This document shows positions 1-9,249 of a DNA stretch of 35,096 nt, one piece after another; the stretch's first letter is position 1; each line of letters opens with the position of its first letter. The stretch is from Kofleriaceae bacterium (GTDB lineage: Bacteria > Myxococcota_A > Polyangia > Haliangiales > Haliangiaceae). The stretch is from contig CBDCCZ010000062.1 in assembly GCA_965215005.1 (NCBI GenBank), positions 1 through 35,096 on the forward strand, written 5' to 3'. The notes beneath the pieces were generated by a model, which made no database searches, was not told the DNA's origin, and worked only from the letters and a program-made list of their open reading frames with translations. A program made the position numbers and the translations under genes.

Positions 1-1
1 C

Positions 2-859
2 GAGGCGGGGCCTAAGCGCACCGAGATCATGGGTGCCGATGTAGCCGACCGAATCCTGGCACTGTTGGAAGCCAGTCCCAGCATTGCAATCCTCGATATC
101 ACGGGTGGTGCGCCTGAGCTCAACCCGCACTTTCGTCGACTCGTGAAGGCGGCGCGCGCGCTCGGAAAAGACGTCATCGATCGCTGCAATCTCACCGTGC
201 TACTCGAGCCCGGACAAGAAGACTTGGCCGAATTTCTGGCCTCGCATCGAGTCCGGGTGACGGCGAGCATGCCGTGCTACAGCGAGGCGAATGTAGATAA
301 GCAGCGCGGGCGCGGGGTGTTCGACAAGAGCATCACTGCGCTGCGTTGGCTGGGATCGCTCGGTTACGGCAATGGTCGTAGCGGTCTCGAGCTCGACCTC
401 GTCTACAATCCCGGCGGTGCGTTCTTACCGCCGCCGCAGCCAACGCTCGAGGCGGATTACAAGCGGCGCCTGGCCGATGACTTTGGCATCCAGTTCGATC
501 GTCTACTCACGATCACCAACATGCCAATCAGTCGGTTTCTGCATCAGCTCGAGCGCGACGGCGAATACGCGGCATATATGGAGCTTTTGGTCAACGCCTT
601 CAATCCGGCGACCGTCGAGGGGCTCATGTGTCGCAATCAGGTGAGCATCGGCTGGGAAGGCACGCTCTACGACTGCGACTTCAATCAGATGCTCGAGCTG
701 CCTTTCGGCGAGCGCGCAGCCGGTCGCCAGCAACGCACGATCTGGGAGCTCGATTCGCTCGATTCGCTCGATGGCCGCCGCATCACGACCGCCAGCCACT
801 GTTTTGGATGCACCGCCGGCGCCGGCTCGAGCTGCGGCGGCGCCTTGGGCGAGCAGTAG
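2..859 (+). CDS. arsS: Radical SAM / Cys-rich-tail protein, ArsS (arsenosugar biosynthesis)/DUF3641-like; 5'-truncated
   Basis: The frame is open from the window edge (EAGPKRTEIM...), so the CxxxCxxC motif lies upstream. Contains DITGGAPELNP, IDRCNLT, MCR..VSIGWEG.LYDCDFNQML and the C-terminal HCFGCTAGAGSSCGG typical of this family. Confidence 0.85.
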   Translation, partial: EAGPKRTEIMGADVADRILALLEASPSIAILDITGGAPELNPHFRRLVKAARALGKDVIDRCNLTVLLEPGQEDLAEFLASHRVRVTASMPCYSEANVDKQRGRGVFDKSITALRWLGSLGYGNGRSGLELDLVYNPGGAFLPPPQPTLEADYKRRLADDFGIQFDRLLTITNMPISRFLHQLERDGEYAAYMELLVNAFNPATVEGLMCRNQVSIGWEGTLYDCDFNQMLELPFGERAAGRQQRTIWELDSLDSLDGRRITTASHCFGCTAGAGSSCGGALGEQ

Positions 860-941
860 TCAACCGCTGTAGGGGCGACTGCGTGGCGACGCCGCTCGGC
901 GTGCGTGATAGCGTGGAACGCGCGCCTGGAGCGCATTTGCC

Positions 942-1769
942 ATGGCCAATCCCGCGATCTCCATCGTCACCCTCACTTGGAACAGCGCGCGCTTCGTCGA
1001 CCCGCTGATGCGCACGCTCTTACGCGACGCCGACACCTCCGGCATCGACCTCGAGATCATCGTCATCGATAACGGCTCCACCGATGACACCCTCGCAAAG
1101 CTCGAGCACTATCGCGAGCGCGCTGGTGAGCGGCTGCACCTCGTGCCGCTCAGCTGGAACCACGGCACCACCGCCTCGCGCAACATCGGAATTCGCATGG
1201 CGCGCGGCGACTACGTGCTGATTCTCGACAGCGACACCGAAATCGCCGAAGGCACGCTAGCAGGCTTGCTCGCAGCGCCGAGCCGCATTCCCGATCCCAG
1301 CCGCATCGGTATCATCCACCCGCGCCTCGTTTACCCGGACGGCGCCTTTCAGGAGTCAGCGCGGCGCTTCCCCACGGTCCTCACCAAGCTCTATCGCCTG
1401 TTTCGCCTCGAAGACCGTCGCGCCCGCGATGAAAGCATCGATGCAGTACTCCGCGGCCAAATCGTCGAGGTCGACTACGCCATTAGCGCTGCTTGGCTGG
1501 TGCCGCGTCGCGTGTTCGACCTGGTCGGTCTTCTCGATGAACGCATCTTCTATTCGCCCGAAGACGTCGAGTTCTGTGCTCGCCTTTGGAAACACGGACT
1601 CGCGGTTTGGTACTACCCGCCGGTAGAGATCATCCACAACTGCCAGCGCCTCACCTCCAAACGACCGCTCTCGCGCCTCGGACTCAGCCACGCGCGCGGA
1701 CTGATGCGCTTTTGGTGGGAGTACGACTTTTTCGTGTGCCGTCCCGAGGCCGGGCAGCGACGCCCGTAG
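942..1769 (+). CDS. Glycosyltransferase family 2 (GT-A fold, WbbL/rhamnosyltransferase-like)
   Basis: [38 protein letters not shown] (DxD), [16 protein letters not shown]. Confidence 0.9.
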   Translation: MANPAISIVTLTWNSARFVDPLMRTLLRDADTSGIDLEIIVIDNGSTDDTLAKLEHYRERAGERLHLVPLSWNHGTTASRNIGIRMARGDYVLILDSDTEIAEGTLAGLLAAPSRIPDPSRIGIIHPRLVYPDGAFQESARRFPTVLTKLYRLFRLEDRRARDESIDAVLRGQIVEVDYAISAAWLVPRRVFDLVGLLDERIFYSPEDVEFCARLWKHGLAVWYYPPVEIIHNCQRLTSKRPLSRLGLSHARGLMRFWWEYDFFVCRPEAGQRRP

Positions 1770-1811
1770 TGGCTCACCCACATCCCCCTAGACATGCCCA
1801 CCTGGCGCCGC

Positions 1812-1817
1812 TAGTGT
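1812..1817 (+). promoter_or_regulatory. Candidate -10 hexamer (TAGTGT) 7 nt before ATG 1825; leaderless-type
   Basis: TAGTGT-gcgccag-ATG, with no Shine-Dalgarno. Confidence 0.45.
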
Positions 1818-1824
1818 GCGCCAG

Positions 1825-2718
1825 ATGCTACCCACGCGCGTGTTCCGTTACCGCGATCCAGCCGCGATGGCCATTGGCCTGCGCGAGCTGCGAAAGCGCG
1901 GCCTAACGCCGCGCGGACTATTATTTATCGCGATCGATCCACGCGGCGAAACGCACATCGCCGTGCCCGAAGATTTCGACGTCGTCACCAAGATTCGCGT
2001 TGGCGACAAGCTCACCCTCGAGCCGCCATGGCGCGGTCGCTTCTTTCACATCGACTCGATTCACCGGTTACCCGGCGACACCGTGCTGTGGAACGGAGAT
2101 CGCCGCCTTGGCGATACCGGCAGCGCGCCCGAAGTCGCCTGCGCGGTTGCAGAGTGGCTAAAAGGTGCTTCCGCAAAGAATGTGTTTCTCGGATGCACCT
2201 CACACCAGCCCGGCTCGTGGTGGACACTCAATATGCGCTCGCCTGTCGTCGACCTGCACGCCCGCGGCATGGTCGATACCGTTGTGACGACCGCCGGTCT
2301 ACTCGCTCGTCGCATCGATGAGCCGCATCTCTATCATCTCGACTTCGCCACCTTGCGCCGCAGTGGCCCTCGCGACGGCTGGGAGCCCGTATACACCAGC
2401 GAGCTCGGCAACGTTCTGCTCGTCGAACGGCGCGTCCTTGGCTATCGCTTGTGCCTCAGCTGCGAGCGCGGCGTCGAGGAGCTCGACGTTTCGGGACTCC
2501 CCGATGAGGTCCGGCGTTCCGCGCGCATCGAGCTCGGCAACGGTTTCGGCGTCGTCGGGCGCGTAGACTCCGGCGGCTTTGCGGTCACCTGGGGCACAGT
2601 CGAACCATGGGGACTCGCCGATATCGGCCCCGCGACCTTGGTCGGCTCGCCGAACCAGAGCCTCCTCGACCTCGCACCCACCCTAAGAGCGATGGAGCTC
2701 GAGGAAGACCGCGCCTAA
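1825..2718 (+). CDS. Hypothetical protein (~297 aa)
   Basis: Long ORF with globular composition and GC3-biased codons. Start taken at ATG 1825. No family recognised. Confidence 0.8.
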   Translation: MLPTRVFRYRDPAAMAIGLRELRKRGLTPRGLLFIAIDPRGETHIAVPEDFDVVTKIRVGDKLTLEPPWRGRFFHIDSIHRLPGDTVLWNGDRRLGDTGSAPEVACAVAEWLKGASAKNVFLGCTSHQPGSWWTLNMRSPVVDLHARGMVDTVVTTAGLLARRIDEPHLYHLDFATLRRSGPRDGWEPVYTSELGNVLLVERRVLGYRLCLSCERGVEELDVSGLPDEVRRSARIELGNGFGVVGRVDSGGFAVTWGTVEPWGLADIGPATLVGSPNQSLLDLAPTLRAMELEEDRA

Positions 2719-2757
2719 AGCGCAGAAGCGGGCCATCTGAGGGGCAAGCGCGAGCGA

Positions 2758-2973
2758 CTACGGATTGTAATAGCCCACCGCCCACAGCATCCCGAGCCAA
2801 AGCAGCACCACCGCCCACAGCGGCCACAACCCCACCGCCACCGCAGCGAACGACTGTAACCGCGGCCCGTATCGCTCTAGCCACCCCGCCGCCCGCTCGC
2901 GCACCCGCTCCGTCGGCACCGGACTGCGGCCGCTGCGGATCACGCTGGCACGAGGCAATCGCCGAACAGACAT
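2758..2973 (-). CDS. Putative small membrane protein (71 aa)
   Basis: Basic N-terminus, then hydrophobic FAAVAVGLWPLWAVVLLWLGMLWAVGYY. Fills an otherwise empty 357-bp gap. An AT-rich -10-like stretch (CATACT 6 nt upstream; TATAAT overlapping the ATG) lies at the start. Confidence 0.5.
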   Translation of the reverse strand: MSVRRLPRASVIRSGRSPVPTERVRERAAGWLERYGPRLQSFAAVAVGLWPLWAVVLLWLGMLWAVGYYNP

Positions 2974-3075
2974 TATAGAAGTATGCCCGACCTCCCGTGC
3001 AGAGGTAGCGAAAAGACGCCGCGCGGATGACCCACCGCAGCATCACCGAACGAAGCCGCGGTTTGCCCCAAGTGC

Positions 3076-4560
3076 CTAGGACTGCATCATCAGGTGCGGC
3101 ATGAGGATGCGTCCTAGATCGATGGAAGGACGATATTGATAGATGAGCCCGCCTAGGGCGCCGAGAACTCGGCCGAGCATGATGAAGGTTGGTGGAACGG
3201 CGACAACGGGGTTGGCGCGCAGGATTGCGAGGGCGCGGTCGAGCTGAGCGCCGCCATCGACGGATTCGATGCCGCCGGTGCGGAAGGTCTCGAGAATCAT
3301 TTCCGTGAGCTCGACGAGGTCTTCGCTGGTGCCGCTCTTGCTGGCAAAGCCGAGCTCAGAAAGAAGCCGCACGATCTCGCCGCGATTGCCGCCGAGCACG
3401 GCGATCACCAGATGCGCGTAGGCGCGACGCTCTGCCCGCGTGAGGCGCTGGACGCAGCCAAAGTCGAGCAGCACCAAGACGCCGCCGTCGGCGACGAGGA
3501 AGTTGCCGGGGTGGGGGTCGGCGTGGAAGACGCCATCGGCAAGTATCTGCTGGGCGAACACGTCAACCATGGTGGTGAGCAAGCGATCGCGATCGCCTGT
3601 GTTGCCCTCGGCTTCGCATCGGTCGAGATAGTCGATGAGGCGATCGCCGCGAATGCGCTCCATGGTCAGCACGCGCCCGCTGCTGCGCGCCGCCAGCGGC
3701 AGCGGCACGGCAACGTCGGCGCGAGAAGCAAAGCGTGCCGCGAACGCGACCAGATTTTCGGCCTCGGCACGATAGTCGAGCTCCTCGGTGAGCGCGCGAC
3801 GCAATTCGGTCGCGATGGTGGCTAGGTCGAGGTGCGGTATCACGTCCCCTAGTAGCGCCGCCGCGACCCGCAGCGCAGCGATGTCGATCTCGAGGATCTC
3901 GTCGCTTCCTGGCACCTGCACTTTCACGACTAGCTCGGCACCGCCTTCGGTCATGGCGCCATGCACTTGCGCGAGCGAGGCGGCAGCGAGCGGCTCAGCG
4001 TCGAAAGACGCAAATCCCTCCTCCAGAGGCACGCCGAGCTCTGCTTCGACCCGCGCGCGAATTGCTGCGGTGTCGATAGGCGGCACTCGATCTTGCAGCT
4101 TCGACAGCTCCTTGATGAAGGGCGGTGGCAGAAGGTCCATGCGGCACGAGAGCATCTGCCCGAGCTTGAGCACGCCACCACGCAGCTCGACACACATTTC
4201 GTAGAGCCGGTGGGCCACCTGCTGATGCACCACCTCGAGCTCGACCGCAGCCGCCTCTTTGCTCATGAGCACGCTGCGGGCGTGATAGCTGCGATAGCTG
4301 GCAGCCGCGCGCGCTATCTCACCCACGATACGCATGAAGCGCGGGGTGGCGCGGACCGTGCTCCGTACGCCCGCCGCGTGTCGCTCGATGAGCTCGTAGA
4401 GCGCATGACTGCTCTGCGCAACCGCGGCAGAGTCGCGCCGCAAATCCTCGAGCATCCGGTCGACGTTGCCAAGAACGTTAGCGACGAGGCCCCCGGCGCG
4501 GTCAACGATTTCAGCCCAACCCGCGCGACCAGAAGTGATCTCATTTTTGTTCGAGCTCAT
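3076..4560 (-). CDS. ABC1/AarF/UbiB-family atypical protein kinase
   Basis: LKLGQMLS, LQDRVPP, AAASLAQVH, VVKVQ, EELDY..EA, FHADPHPGN, LLDFG. Confidence 0.92.
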   Translation of the reverse strand: MSSNKNEITSGRAGWAEIVDRAGGLVANVLGNVDRMLEDLRRDSAAVAQSSHALYELIERHAAGVRSTVRATPRFMRIVGEIARAAASYRSYHARSVLMSKEAAAVELEVVHQQVAHRLYEMCVELRGGVLKLGQMLSCRMDLLPPPFIKELSKLQDRVPPIDTAAIRARVEAELGVPLEEGFASFDAEPLAAASLAQVHGAMTEGGAELVVKVQVPGSDEILEIDIAALRVAAALLGDVIPHLDLATIATELRRALTEELDYRAEAENLVAFAARFASRADVAVPLPLAARSSGRVLTMERIRGDRLIDYLDRCEAEGNTGDRDRLLTTMVDVFAQQILADGVFHADPHPGNFLVADGGVLVLLDFGCVQRLTRAERRAYAHLVIAVLGGNRGEIVRLLSELGFASKSGTSEDLVELTEMILETFRTGGIESVDGGAQLDRALAILRANPVVAVPPTFIMLGRVLGALGGLIYQYRPSIDLGRILMPHLMMQS

Positions 4561-4948
4561 CGCGATGCTCCTTTAACCACTGAAGGGACACGATCGGACG
4601 CGGCCCGGGACCGTCGAGCACGGCAATGGCCGCTTGCGTTCCGCGCGGCAAGAGCGCGTTGCTGCGCGCACACACCGCGTTGACCTCGAGGGTGAACGGC
4701 TGCCAGCCAACAATGACCGGCTCTTCACCGGGCTCTGCGGTGCTGGGACCACGACGTCGTGCCGATCGCGCGACGCTGGCGCTATCGCTCACGATGCCAT
4801 CGACGAGGTCGAACGTGTTGGTCAGGACGTTGCGGACCAAGTTCGACACCGAGACGCCAAGGGTCTCGGCCTTCTTGCGAAGCTCAGCATCCAGCGTCTC
4901 CGACACCCGGGTGTGAATGACGCGCTCTTTCTTCTCATCGGTTCCCAT
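4541..4948 (-). CDS. Hypothetical protein with N-terminal ribbon-helix-helix-like DNA-binding segment
   Basis: RVIHTRVSETLDAELRKKAETLGVSVSNLVRNVL fits an RHH strand-helix-G-x-S-x-S-helix pattern. Overlaps the ABC1 start by 20 nt. Confidence 0.7.
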   Translation of the reverse strand: MGTDEKKERVIHTRVSETLDAELRKKAETLGVSVSNLVRNVLTNTFDLVDGIVSDSASVARSARRRGPSTAEPGEEPVIVGWQPFTLEVNAVCARSNALLPRGTQAAIAVLDGPGPRPIVSLQWLKEHRDELEQK

Positions 4949-5060
4949 GTATCACGCTTCAGAAAATGTATCACGGACGTATACGCCGCCAGCGCAGCGG
5001 ACACCAGCCAAATCGCTAATTTGCCGCGGCGTTGTTTCCACCTGCGACGTTCGTGATACA
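4947..5060. promoter_or_regulatory. Repeated operator-like motif TGTATCACG (two direct copies, one inverted)
   Basis: ATGTATCACG at 4947-4956 and 4966-4975; CGTGATACA (reverse complement) at 5052-5060. Confidence 0.55.
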
Positions 5061-5069
5061 CGCCGAGCT

Positions 5070-5078
5070 TGCTACAGT
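5070..5078 (+). promoter_or_regulatory. Candidate extended -10 (TG-c-TACAGT) 7 nt before ATG 5086
   Basis: tTGcTACAGT-gcccgcc-ATG, with no SD. Confidence 0.5.
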
Positions 5079-5085
5079 GCCCGCC

Positions 5086-6801
5086 ATGACCGCCGCTCTG
5101 GACGCCGCCAACCGCGGGTTTCGCGACCGTTTTCTCGATTACGAAGAGCTCACCGAGCAGCTCGACGCGTGGGCCGAGGCGTTCCCGGAGCTGGTCCGCA
5201 AGACCGCGATCGGCACCTCGACAGAAGGCCGACAGCTGTGGCTCCTCACCATCGGCCGCGACCCCGACCGCGCGCGTCCTGCAGTCTGGGTCGACGGCAA
5301 CATGCACGCCAGCGAGCTGTGCGGCTCGAGCGTCGCGTTGGCCATCGCCGAAGACGCCATTCGCGCTCATCTAGGCGGCCAGATTTCTGGCCTTTCGGCA
5401 GCAGTACAGGACCGGATTCGCGAGGTTCTGTTCTACGTGCTGCCGCGGATGTCTCCGGACGGCGCCGAGTGCGTGCTCAAGACCGGTCGCTACGTTCGCT
5501 CGAGCACCCGCGATGAGCGTCGCAATCGCGGGCACGCCCGCTGGCTTCCGGGCGACATCGATGGCGATGGCCAGGCGCTGGTGATGCGAGTGGTGGACGC
5601 CACCGGTGAGTTCGTCGAATCCAGCGAGTGGCCGGGGCTGATGGTGCCGCGTTCCATCGATGACGCCGGGCCCTTCTACAAGATCTATCCCGAAGGCATC
5701 ATCGAGAATTACGACGGCGAAACCATACCCTCGCCGTCATTCCTCTCGGACAATCAAACCGACCTCAACCGCAATTTTCCGTGGTCGTGGGCGCCCAGCC
5801 ATGAACAAGACGGCGCCGGCCCATTCCCGCTGAGCGAGCCGGAATCACGAGCCGTGGTCGAGTTCACCGCGGCGCGTCCGCACATTTTCGCGTGGCTCAA
5901 TCTGCACACGTTTGGCGGCGTGTTCATTCGCCCGCTCGGCCACCAGCCCGATAGCAAAATGCATCCCAGCGATCTGGCCTTATTTCGTCAGATCGGCGCC
6001 TGGGCAGCCGAAGAAACCGGTTATCCGATGGTGAGCGGGTTTGAAGAGTTCACCTACGAGCCCGACAAGCCGCTGCACGGCGACCTCACCGACTATGGCT
6101 TCCACCAATGCGGCGCCATCGCGTACGTCGTCGAGCTGTGGGATCTCTTCTCGCAAGTTGGGTTGCCAGCCCGCGGCAAGCGCTTCGTCGATCGCTATAG
6201 CCATCTCGAGCCAGCAGACCTGGTCGCCATCGCGCGGTGGGATGCCGAGCACAACCAGCGCCGTGTGGTTCGCGGGTGGCGCGCGGCTGAGCACCCGCAG
6301 CTCGGCGCCGTGGAGGTTGGCGGCATCGATCCTCGAGTTGGGCTGTGGAACCCGCCGTACGAAGCGCTCGCCGAGGTGTGCGCGAGTCAAAGCCGGGCGT
6401 TCTTGCGAGTCGCGGGGCTCGCGCCGCACCTGCAGGTGAGCGCGCGGGTCGAGCGCGTCGATGGGCTAGCGCGCGTGCTGGTGACGGTGGAGAACCAGGG
6501 ATACTTGCCGACCTTCGTGTTGGAATCGGCCAAGAAGCTCGAGAGCTGCGAGCCGCTCTACCTCGACGTCAAAGCACGAGGCTGCGAGCTTCTCGCTGGC
6601 GACGATGCGCGCCGCCAGCTAGGTCATCTCGATGGCTGGGGACGCGGCAAGTACGATGGCAGCAGCGCCCTTTACTTCACGCGCAGCCGCGGCAGCACCG
6701 GCCGCGCTCACGCGCGCTTCACCGTCCGCGGCACCGGCACCGTCGAGCTCCGCGTTGGATGTTGCCGGACCGGTTTCATCGAGCATTCGGTGACGATATA
6801 G
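5086..6801 (+). CDS. M14-family zinc carboxypeptidase
   Basis: [18 protein letters not shown] (HxxE), PDGAE, DLNRNFP, SEPE, NLHTFGG. Start moved from the ORF-track 5032 to ATG 5086. Confidence 0.9.
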   Translation: MTAALDAANRGFRDRFLDYEELTEQLDAWAEAFPELVRKTAIGTSTEGRQLWLLTIGRDPDRARPAVWVDGNMHASELCGSSVALAIAEDAIRAHLGGQISGLSAAVQDRIREVLFYVLPRMSPDGAECVLKTGRYVRSSTRDERRNRGHARWLPGDIDGDGQALVMRVVDATGEFVESSEWPGLMVPRSIDDAGPFYKIYPEGIIENYDGETIPSPSFLSDNQTDLNRNFPWSWAPSHEQDGAGPFPLSEPESRAVVEFTAARPHIFAWLNLHTFGGVFIRPLGHQPDSKMHPSDLALFRQIGAWAAEETGYPMVSGFEEFTYEPDKPLHGDLTDYGFHQCGAIAYVVELWDLFSQVGLPARGKRFVDRYSHLEPADLVAIARWDAEHNQRRVVRGWRAAEHPQLGAVEVGGIDPRVGLWNPPYEALAEVCASQSRAFLRVAGLAPHLQVSARVERVDGLARVLVTVENQGYLPTFVLESAKKLESCEPLYLDVKARGCELLAGDDARRQLGHLDGWGRGKYDGSSALYFTRSRGSTGRAHARFTVRGTGTVELRVGCCRTGFIEHSVTI

Positions 6802-6856
6802 CGACGGTGGATCGCCGCGTCGTCTCCCGTAACGGCTATTTCTCCGGGCCGGCCAA

Positions 6857-7678
6857 TCAGTCTTTGGAGATTGCCGGATCCGCGGCCGCCACTTGCAGTA
6901 CCGCGCCATCGCCAAGCCGCAGGGCAGTCATCTTGCCGCCCCACACGGCGCCGCTATCGAGCGCGACATAGCCCGGCCCGCGATGATGGCCGCCAGATGA
7001 CCAGTGGCCAAACGCGATGAGTTGATCGCTCCAGCTTACGTGCCGGCGCGTGTACCACGGATGGCACTCCGCCGGAGCCTCGGCGGGCGGCCCGGAGAAG
7101 TCGCACAGGCTGCCATCGTCGCGCACGCAGCGCGTGCGCACCAACACCGCGAGGACAGCCGCCAGCCGCTCGCGACCCGTTAGCGCCTCGTCCCAAGCGG
7201 GCGCAGGGCCAACACAGGCGCCGATGTGCTCACGCCATTGCTCACTCGCAAGCGCGCTCTCGGCCTCCTTTGCCAGCCTTCGCGCATCCTGCACCGACCA
7301 ACTCGGATGGATCCCAGCATGCACCATCGACGTCGAGCCCTCTTCGAAGTAGAGCGGCTGCACGCGCAACCAATCAATGAGCTCATCGAGGTCAGGCGCC
7401 GCCAAGACTTCTTCGAGCGTGTCTTTCTTCTTTGCGTCGGATGCGCCAGCAACGCGCGCCAAGAGATGCAGATCGTGGTTGCCAAGCACCACGCGCACCG
7501 TGTTTTCATGCGCGCGCGCCCAGCGCAAGGTCTCGAGCGAGCGCGGCCCGCGATTGACGAGATCTCCAGCTATCCACAGCCGATCGCGGTCAAGATCGAG
7601 CTCGACCGCGTCGAGAAGTCGCAGCAAGGTCGCGAAGCACCCCTGGACATCGCCAATGACGTACGTGCTCGAACGCAT
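6857..7678 (-). CDS. apaH: Symmetrical bis(5'-nucleosyl)-tetraphosphatase
   Basis: IGDVQGC, GDLVNRGP, VLGNHDLH, MVHAGI, FGHWS, LDSGAVWGG. Start at ATG 7678 (MRSSTYVIGD). Confidence 0.92.
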   Translation of the reverse strand: MRSSTYVIGDVQGCFATLLRLLDAVELDLDRDRLWIAGDLVNRGPRSLETLRWARAHENTVRVVLGNHDLHLLARVAGASDAKKKDTLEEVLAAPDLDELIDWLRVQPLYFEEGSTSMVHAGIHPSWSVQDARRLAKEAESALASEQWREHIGACVGPAPAWDEALTGRERLAAVLAVLVRTRCVRDDGSLCDFSGPPAEAPAECHPWYTRRHVSWSDQLIAFGHWSSGGHHRGPGYVALDSGAVWGGKMTALRLGDGAVLQVAAADPAISKD

Positions 7679-7830
7679 CGCTTCATTGTGCGCGAAAACG
7701 CACCTCGGGGTGCTCAGCCGACAGCGCAATCCTGCCGGCGCACTGTTCTTACCGCAGCGGCTCGGCTGCCGTGGCGGGCGTCGCGCAGGCCACACTTGCG
7801 ACCCTGGGCTGTCGAGGTAATGCTCTTGCT

Positions 7831-8493
7831 ATGCAAAAGCTATGGATGTTCCCGTCGCTCGCGGCGCTGCTCGTTAGCGGTGCGCTGCTAACTGGCTGCT
7901 ACGCAGGGACGTCCGGTGGCGTCATGGTTCACAGCGCACCGCCTGCGCCGCAGGTTGCCTACTACGACTACGACGACGAGCGCATCTGGATAGAGGGTCG
8001 ATGGGACTGGACCGCCAACGGCTGGGTCTGGCGCGACGGCTACTGGATCGACTCGCGTCCCGGCTACGTGTACACGCAAGGGTATTGGGACATGCGCAAC
8101 GGCCGCTACCTCTGGATCGATGGCCGCTGGCTGGCGCAGCGCCCCGGCTACGTATGGATGCACGGCTATTGGGGAACGCGCGGCGGCCAGCACTACTGGG
8201 TGCGCGGCAGTTGGACGCAAGCTCGGCCCGGCTATCGTTACACCCGCGGCCGCTGGACGACCGATCGCCGTGGCCAGCGGGTTTGGTCGCGAGGCAACTG
8301 GGTGCGCGATCATCGTCGCTCGGTCGGCAACGGCTACTCGGGCGCCCCGCCCCGCCGCAGCAATACCCGGGTTCCCGCGGTGCGCGGACGCGATCACCGC
8401 TCGATACCTCGTCGCAGCGCGCCCGCTCCGCGCAGTGCCCCGCGGCCGCGCGCCGCGCCCGCTCCGCGGACTCGCGATCATCGCCGGCCGTAA
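7831..8493 (+). CDS. YXWGXW/WXXGXW-repeat lipoprotein with Arg/Pro-rich tail
   Basis: Lipobox LTGC after a hydrophobic stretch. About eight W-x-x-G-x-W-like units (WIEGRW, WRDGYW, YTQGYW, WIDGRW, WMHGYW, WVRGSW, YTRGRW, WSRGNW). Start could be 7831 or 7846. Confidence 0.85.
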   Translation: MQKLWMFPSLAALLVSGALLTGCYAGTSGGVMVHSAPPAPQVAYYDYDDERIWIEGRWDWTANGWVWRDGYWIDSRPGYVYTQGYWDMRNGRYLWIDGRWLAQRPGYVWMHGYWGTRGGQHYWVRGSWTQARPGYRYTRGRWTTDRRGQRVWSRGNWVRDHRRSVGNGYSGAPPRRSNTRVPAVRGRDHRSIPRRSAPAPRSAPRPRAAPAPRTRDHRRP

Positions 8494-8633
8494 CGTCTTC
8501 GTACAACCAGCGCCACCTGCGCACCTCGAGCGAACAAGGCGTCGTGCGACGCTGGGGTCAAACGGCTCCGGTCTCTGGGCACCAAAGCGGGTGCAATAGT
8601 CCCGTAGCACCCGATATGACGCCAGTTTGTGTG

Positions 8634-8649
8634 CGGCATCATGGTTGCA
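8634..8649 (+). promoter_or_regulatory. Sigma54-like -24/-12 motif
   Basis: CGGCATCATGGTTGCA (GG-N10-GC), 12 nt before GTG 8662. Confidence 0.55.
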
Positions 8650-8661
8650 CAACCTAGCGAA

Positions 8662-9240
8662 GTGAAATCCCTCGCGTGCCTCGGTCTGTTCGTGATGCCG
8701 CTGCTGGCTGCATGTGCCCGCGGCAACATTGGTGACGGGCGAGGGGTCGACGGCGGCGTTACCAGCGACTCCGACCAAACTTCGCCCAGCTCGCTCGGCG
8801 ATGCCGGCACCCGCGCAAATCCGTGCGTGGGCGGGGACGCTCGCGTCATCGCGCCCTCCGGCCGCTGCTTCGTGCTGTTTGCCAGCTCCGCCGCCAGCTG
8901 GCAGGACGCTCACGAGCTGTGCACGCTGCTCCATCCGCGCGCGCACCTGGCGGTCATCGCCGACGCCGCCGACGATGCGGCGATTCAGGCGATGGTGGGA
9001 GCTCGCGACGCGTGGATCGGCGGCTCAGATCGCGCTGTGGAAGGCAGCTGGAGTTGGGTGAACGGCGAGCGGATGGCCTACACCAACTGGGGGCTCGGCG
9101 AGCCCAATGACGGCGCCGGCGGCGAGGATTGCATGCTGCTCCGCATGCTCGGCGCCCCCACCGACCCGACCTTCAACGTCGGGACCTGGGACGATCGGGT
9201 CTGCGCGACCCGTTACCCCTCGGTTTGCGAGCTGCCGTAG
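8662..9240 (+). CDS. C-type lectin domain lipoprotein
   Basis: Lipobox LAAC. CTLD motifs C-F, W..A..LC, HLA, WIGG, EG.W.WVNG, YTNW..GEPN, EDC, WDD..C, VCE. Start GTG 8662 (alternative ATG 8641). Confidence 0.88.
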   Translation: MKSLACLGLFVMPLLAACARGNIGDGRGVDGGVTSDSDQTSPSSLGDAGTRANPCVGGDARVIAPSGRCFVLFASSAASWQDAHELCTLLHPRAHLAVIADAADDAAIQAMVGARDAWIGGSDRAVEGSWSWVNGERMAYTNWGLGEPNDGAGGEDCMLLRMLGAPTDPTFNVGTWDDRVCATRYPSVCELP

Positions 9241-9249
9241 CGCGCCGGC

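Noticed and set aside
820..859. Possible selenocysteine in the ArsS-like GSSxGG tail
   Set aside because: The codon is TGC (Cys). There is no in-frame TGA, and the stop is TAG.
925..941. Sigma54-like TGGAGCGCATTTGCC before the GT2
   Set aside because: GG-to-GC spacing is 9 rather than 10, and it abuts the ATG.
7888..8946. 352-aa minus-strand ORF
   Set aside because: Antisense shadow of the YXWGXW and C-type lectin genes. Low-complexity Ala/Arg translation with no motifs.
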